A stretch of DNA of 64,000 nt from a virus. Its lineage: Duplodnaviria > Heunggongvirae > Uroviricota > Caudoviricetes. Each line of letters opens with the position of its first letter. Positions within the stretch are counted from its first letter, which is position 1. The notes beneath the pieces were generated by a model. It was not told the DNA's origin, searched no databases, and saw nothing but the letters and a program-made list of their open reading frames with translations. The DNA lies in the IMG/VR virus record IMGVR_UViG_3300021400_000028, positions 42,250 through 106,249 of that record. One strand, 5' to 3'. Of this stretch, positions 60,586 to 64,000 are shown piece after piece. The position numbers were made by a program, and so were the translations under genes.

Positions 60586-61802
60586 TAACCTAAAATTCTT
60601 GCTCTAATTTCACTATTATAAAGAGCCTTTTGCATACGAGTCTTGTATTTAACAGAAAGAGTCTTAATAATATTGAAAATAATATCTTCACTGAAAAGCA
60701 TGGTTGGTGCATGCATGATTTCCAGCAATCTATCAATGGCCTTTTGAGAATCAGAACCCTTCTGAGAGAAATAAACGTCTGTGTAGTTAAGCAGTCTTGT
60801 TTGAAGAATTGCTGCTACCGCCGGTTTATATTTTTGATTATCATCATAAACACACTTTTCGATTCTTGGCTGAATTGATTTCCAATCACCAAGAAGCATG
60901 TCTTTGGGAGAAATAAGTTTATCCAGCTTATTTGCAATAAATGTTGTAAACAATGAACCAACAATATTATCTTTATCGTTAAAACACCCAGATGCAATTT
61001 GTAGAATCATTGCTAAGTTATCAGGATTATCCCAATTAGAAATACCACTAATGATATTAGCAAACATGGTATAACTTCTAGCATTCATTATATGAGTATG
61101 TGTATCCTTTGGATCCATTAATTCACTATAATAACTCAGCATGAAGTTAATTGTGCGGTCATCCAAGTTATTATATTCCGCCCATTCACTCCAGGAGTCA
61201 ACATCCCATTTAATATTGAAGTTAACCATTCGAGTTTGACCAGCTTCATCAACGTCATTGACGTTATAGTCGCCACCCGTTGGATTAGTGGTTAAAATGA
61301 TGGTTGTATGTTCTGGTAATTTAAAGGACCAGAACTCCTGCTTGTAAATTAATTCATAACAGGCTTGAATAATGTTAGGAAGCGCACGCGAGGCATCGTC
61401 AAGGAGTAAAATCGTCTTTTTGCTCGTATCTATACCTTTATACCATTCCGGAAGGGCATAGGACATCTTAGTTTCGCCAGTAAGCTGATATCCGGCTTTT
61501 ACGTAGCTATCAATAAGTTCTGGAGCAATCCATTTGCAATCTGACTGATCTTCTCTACATGCAAAGTGCAAACAGATAGGAAAACCAGCAATATCACCAG
61601 TTTCAGTAATCTGAGCCAATGCAAGCTTTACGTAATTGGCATCAATTTCTTTAGCGATTTCTTCTACGATACTCGATTTACCAATACCAGCGTCTGCTGT
61701 AATGTTAACGGCCACAGGACTCTTTCCCTGTTCTTGAAGAGCATCATTGTTATTAATTATATATTTTAAAAGCGGCTTTAATTCTTTTAAAGTTAGTTCC
61801 AT
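60585..61802 (-). CDS. MoxR-like AAA+ ATPase, 405 aa
   Basis: ADAGIGKS Walker A variant, LLLDDASRA Walker B region, ILTTNP sensor I; paired with adjacent VWA protein; all 8 Trp = TGG. Confidence 0.8.
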   Translation of the reverse strand: MELTLKELKPLLKYIINNNDALQEQGKSPVAVNITADAGIGKSSIVEEIAKEIDANYVKLALAQITETGDIAGFPICLHFACREDQSDCKWIAPELIDSYVKAGYQLTGETKMSYALPEWYKGIDTSKKTILLLDDASRALPNIIQACYELIYKQEFWSFKLPEHTTIILTTNPTGGDYNVNDVDEAGQTRMVNFNIKWDVDSWSEWAEYNNLDDRTINFMLSYYSELMDPKDTHTHIMNARSYTMFANIISGISNWDNPDNLAMILQIASGCFNDKDNIVGSLFTTFIANKLDKLISPKDMLLGDWKSIQPRIEKCVYDDNQKYKPAVAAILQTRLLNYTDVYFSQKGSDSQKAIDRLLEIMHAPTMLFSEDIIFNIIKTLSVKYKTRMQKALYNSEIRARILG

Positions 61803-61803
61803 A

Positions 61804-64000
61804 TTATTCTTTTTTATCTTTTGGTATATAAATCGAAATTCCTGGATACTGTTGTCTATAACCATCTGAAGTTATAACCCAAATCACATTTCTAGTCCTA
61901 GATAAATGATCTACTCCTAAATATCCATCTGTAAATACAACTAATGTTGAATATTCCTTATGATTTATATAATATTCGTATGTAGTAGTCACGTCAGTCC
62001 CTCCGCGACCACAAATCTCTATTTCTGTCTTTTTACCTGTATAAGGAAACTTTTTCTGAATGTCAGCATCAAATTCAATAACATCTACACCAACACCACT
62101 CTTATAAAGGTATTCAACTTCTGTAAAAAAGTCTTGCAACTCATTATTAGATACAGAACCTGAAGTATCTATTGCTACAAGAACTTTTGGTTTAAATTTC
62201 AACACATGTCCTGGTTGACCTTTAAACCTAAAACTGGGTCTATATCTTGTACTCTTAATATACGATTTAATAGAATTACCAACAACTCTTCTAAAATAAC
62301 CTTTCCAGTTAAAAACAGCTTCTCTTTGTTTAAACAATCCGTTGATATATTCTTGCAGTCCTGCAGGAATATGTCCATTTGATTTCATAACGGTTTCTGC
62401 GGTTTGTTTAGCAATATGATTAATCTGATTTTGAACAAGAGTTTTTTCAGAATCGCTTAGATTTCTAAAATCTTGCCAATCGTGTGAATCTAATGTATCG
62501 TTTTCATCGTCTTTATCTTCAGGGATATTTTCATAATAGAATTTAGTTCCCATAGTTGACGGAAGACCATAATTCTCAGCAAGAATAGGATTTGGAGGCA
62601 AAACGTCAATATAACTATTTACTTCGGCCATTTATGTTAACTTATACTCTCGTATAAGATCGGACTATTCCTTCAACTCTTTAAAAAAGAGTTGGCTTAT
62701 TATAGTCTCTGAACGTCTTTCTTATAGAATTCTTTGAATTTTTCATATTTTCGATTTAAGTAAACTGTAGCATTTGAATAAATATAGTTATAAAAATTCT
62801 TAACTACATTCTTTGTATTTGTACGTAAAATTCAAGTATTAGTTGTTCTACGTTTTTCTTTTGATACGGTAGAAATATAAAAATGTTCGTTTATTCCTTC
62901 TAATAATTCTTTAGTTCCATTAAAAGAAATTCCGATATAATCTGTATATTCTATTCTAGGAAGAGTTTTTGGAGTTCTTATCCATTTTTTGCGTGTTATA
63001 AAAACACTTCCATCCCCATCAAAATATCCACGAATAAAATGATGTATTAAATCAGAAGGAACTGTTTTAGGGAATTCTAAAATTAATGATTTGTTCGGTA
63101 CGCAACCATGTTTACACAAATCTTCAAACATTTTATCTGAAGTTATGTGTGCGCCAAATACATCTGCGCCATTTCAATTTTTATATTCACCCACAGGCAT
63201 ATTTGAACCTATTGATTTTAGAAACTTTTCAATAATTTCTCTATCTTCAACTTTTAATTGTATAATAGATTGATTTTTATGTTTTCTAACATTTCCATCT
63301 GCATAAAGAAATCCCAATCAATAAGCCTTCTCTTCTGTATCTATAACATCAAAGAAATCATGATTTATTGTATATAATCTACGATTTTCTTTATTCGATC
63401 TTCGAGGAACACCACTTCTTTTTAGAACATTATTAATTGCTCCAACTGAGCACTTATTTTGTTCTGCTAATTTAATTGTACTTAAACCAGAATTGTAAAG
63501 AGTAATAATTTCTTGCTCTTTACTAGAATCAAATAATTTTTGCATATGTTTAATAATTTAGAGTTTAACATACACAAATGTAATAATTAATCTCAAAAAA
63601 TCCAAATTATTTTTTAAGAAATTTCGCTGCACGTTGTCTAATTCTTTATGTTTTTACAATCCGTTTGCCGTTATGCAAACTGCTGCCACATATATTACTA
63701 TTGTGCGCTGTAATAAAGACTTAAAGAGTTTCGCGCAATTTAAAGCTTAATTTTTCTATAGGTCACCCTATAGCAGAACTACCATTAATCCTGAGCAATA
63801 TTAAGATGTTTTTTATTAGGAAAATCATCCCACATAGTTAGATGTTGAAATAATATGTGTCCTAATTCATGCTGTAATAATCCTAATTCTGCTTCATCAC
63901 TTAAAGAATCCCAAAACTCTTTGTTGATAACTAAATCAGTGTTAATTCCATTTAATTTTACACAAGCGGTTGATATACTATTATCAAAATATTTATTAAG
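61804..64000 (-). CDS. Metallopeptidase-like/VWA (DUF2201-type) protein, spliced; exon 1 >64000-63788, exon 2 62628-61804 (5' end outside window)
   Basis: Exon 1 has HELGH; the junction restores NIAQD|AEVNSY; exon 2 has MIDAS IDTSGSVS and GRGGTD. Confidence 0.85.
62700..63545 (-). CDS. Intron-encoded double-motif LAGLIDADG homing endonuclease with N-terminal HTH, 281 aa (3 TGA=Trp)
   Basis: KAY-W-LGFLYADG (W = TGA) and HFIRGYFDGDG; track ORFs 63318..63545 and 62832..63131 are one frame; 3' end overlaps the P7 strand. Confidence 0.88.
63575..63606 (-). promoter_or_regulatory. Intron-internal promoter for the LAGLIDADG gene
   Basis: Minus strand TTTG (63606-63603), 20-nt spacer, TACATTTG (63582-63575), 30 nt upstream of ATG 63545. 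Confidence 0.75.

Larger units (their letters stand above)
62629..63787 (-). mobile_element. Group I intron 4 (1159 nt) with homing endonuclease gene
   Basis: P1 CAGGAT/GTTCTG with U.G; AATTGCGCGAAA ... AACGTGCAGCG; GTTCAGAGACTA / GAATAGTCC; terminal G before GCC GAA. Confidence 0.88.

Noticed and set aside
8358-63788. All four introns lie between codons (phase 0)
   Set aside because: Group I introns must follow a U, and U is commonest at third codon positions in this AT-rich genome; four cases are not informative.
1-64000. TAG recoding or selenocysteine insertion
   Set aside because: TAG occurs at real gene ends followed by new starts (e.g. 4976, 5805, 23134, 53967). TGA aligns with Trp positions, not Cys.
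1-64000. Suppressor tRNA-Trp(UCA) or other tRNA/rRNA
   Set aside because: No cloverleaf or T-loop GTTC(G/A)A context found by eye in the short intergenic regions; it is probably outside the window. tRNAscan/ARAGORN would settle it.
1-64000. CRISPR array
   Set aside because: No regularly spaced direct repeats.

Overview
The window is a segment of a crAss-like (Crassvirales) Bacteroidetes phage genome that reads TGA as Trp. Almost every fragment in the supplied ORF track joins its neighbours in the same frame across TGA codons. Those TGAs fall on conserved Trp positions, and all 40 genes whose ends I traced stop at TAA or TAG. The + strand carries the late/virion module (1-58462): the 3' part of a tail fibre, a spanin-like gene, an acidic scaffold-like gene and the major capsid protein, which is split by three group I introns (478 aa after splicing, one intron encoding a GIY-YIG endonuclease). 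It continues with ring and auxiliary capsid proteins, the muzzle/stabilisation protein, fibre proteins and internal cargo proteins. It ends with three giant virion proteins: an SF1-helicase-containing protein (2729 aa), the virion RNA polymerase with a zincin motif (3213 aa) and a PD-(D/E)xK nuclease-containing protein (1497 aa). A convergent minus-strand block (58504-64000) encodes a dNMP kinase, a MoxR-like AAA+ ATPase and a metallopeptidase/VWA protein interrupted by a fourth group I intron with a LAGLIDADG endonuclease. The most novel-looking items are four: (i) a self-contained divergent module at 1.8-5.8 kb (HTH, membrane protein, Gly/Tyr-rich Cys-Cys-Cys protein, HExxH peptidase); (ii) cysteines at exactly the facing termini of the three giant injected proteins; (iii) a recurring KxGG/QxGG motif on the internal virion proteins; (iv) a promoter- and terminator-bounded structured small RNA at about 28.5 kb. 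Family assignments come from motif recognition by eye, and no database searches were run.
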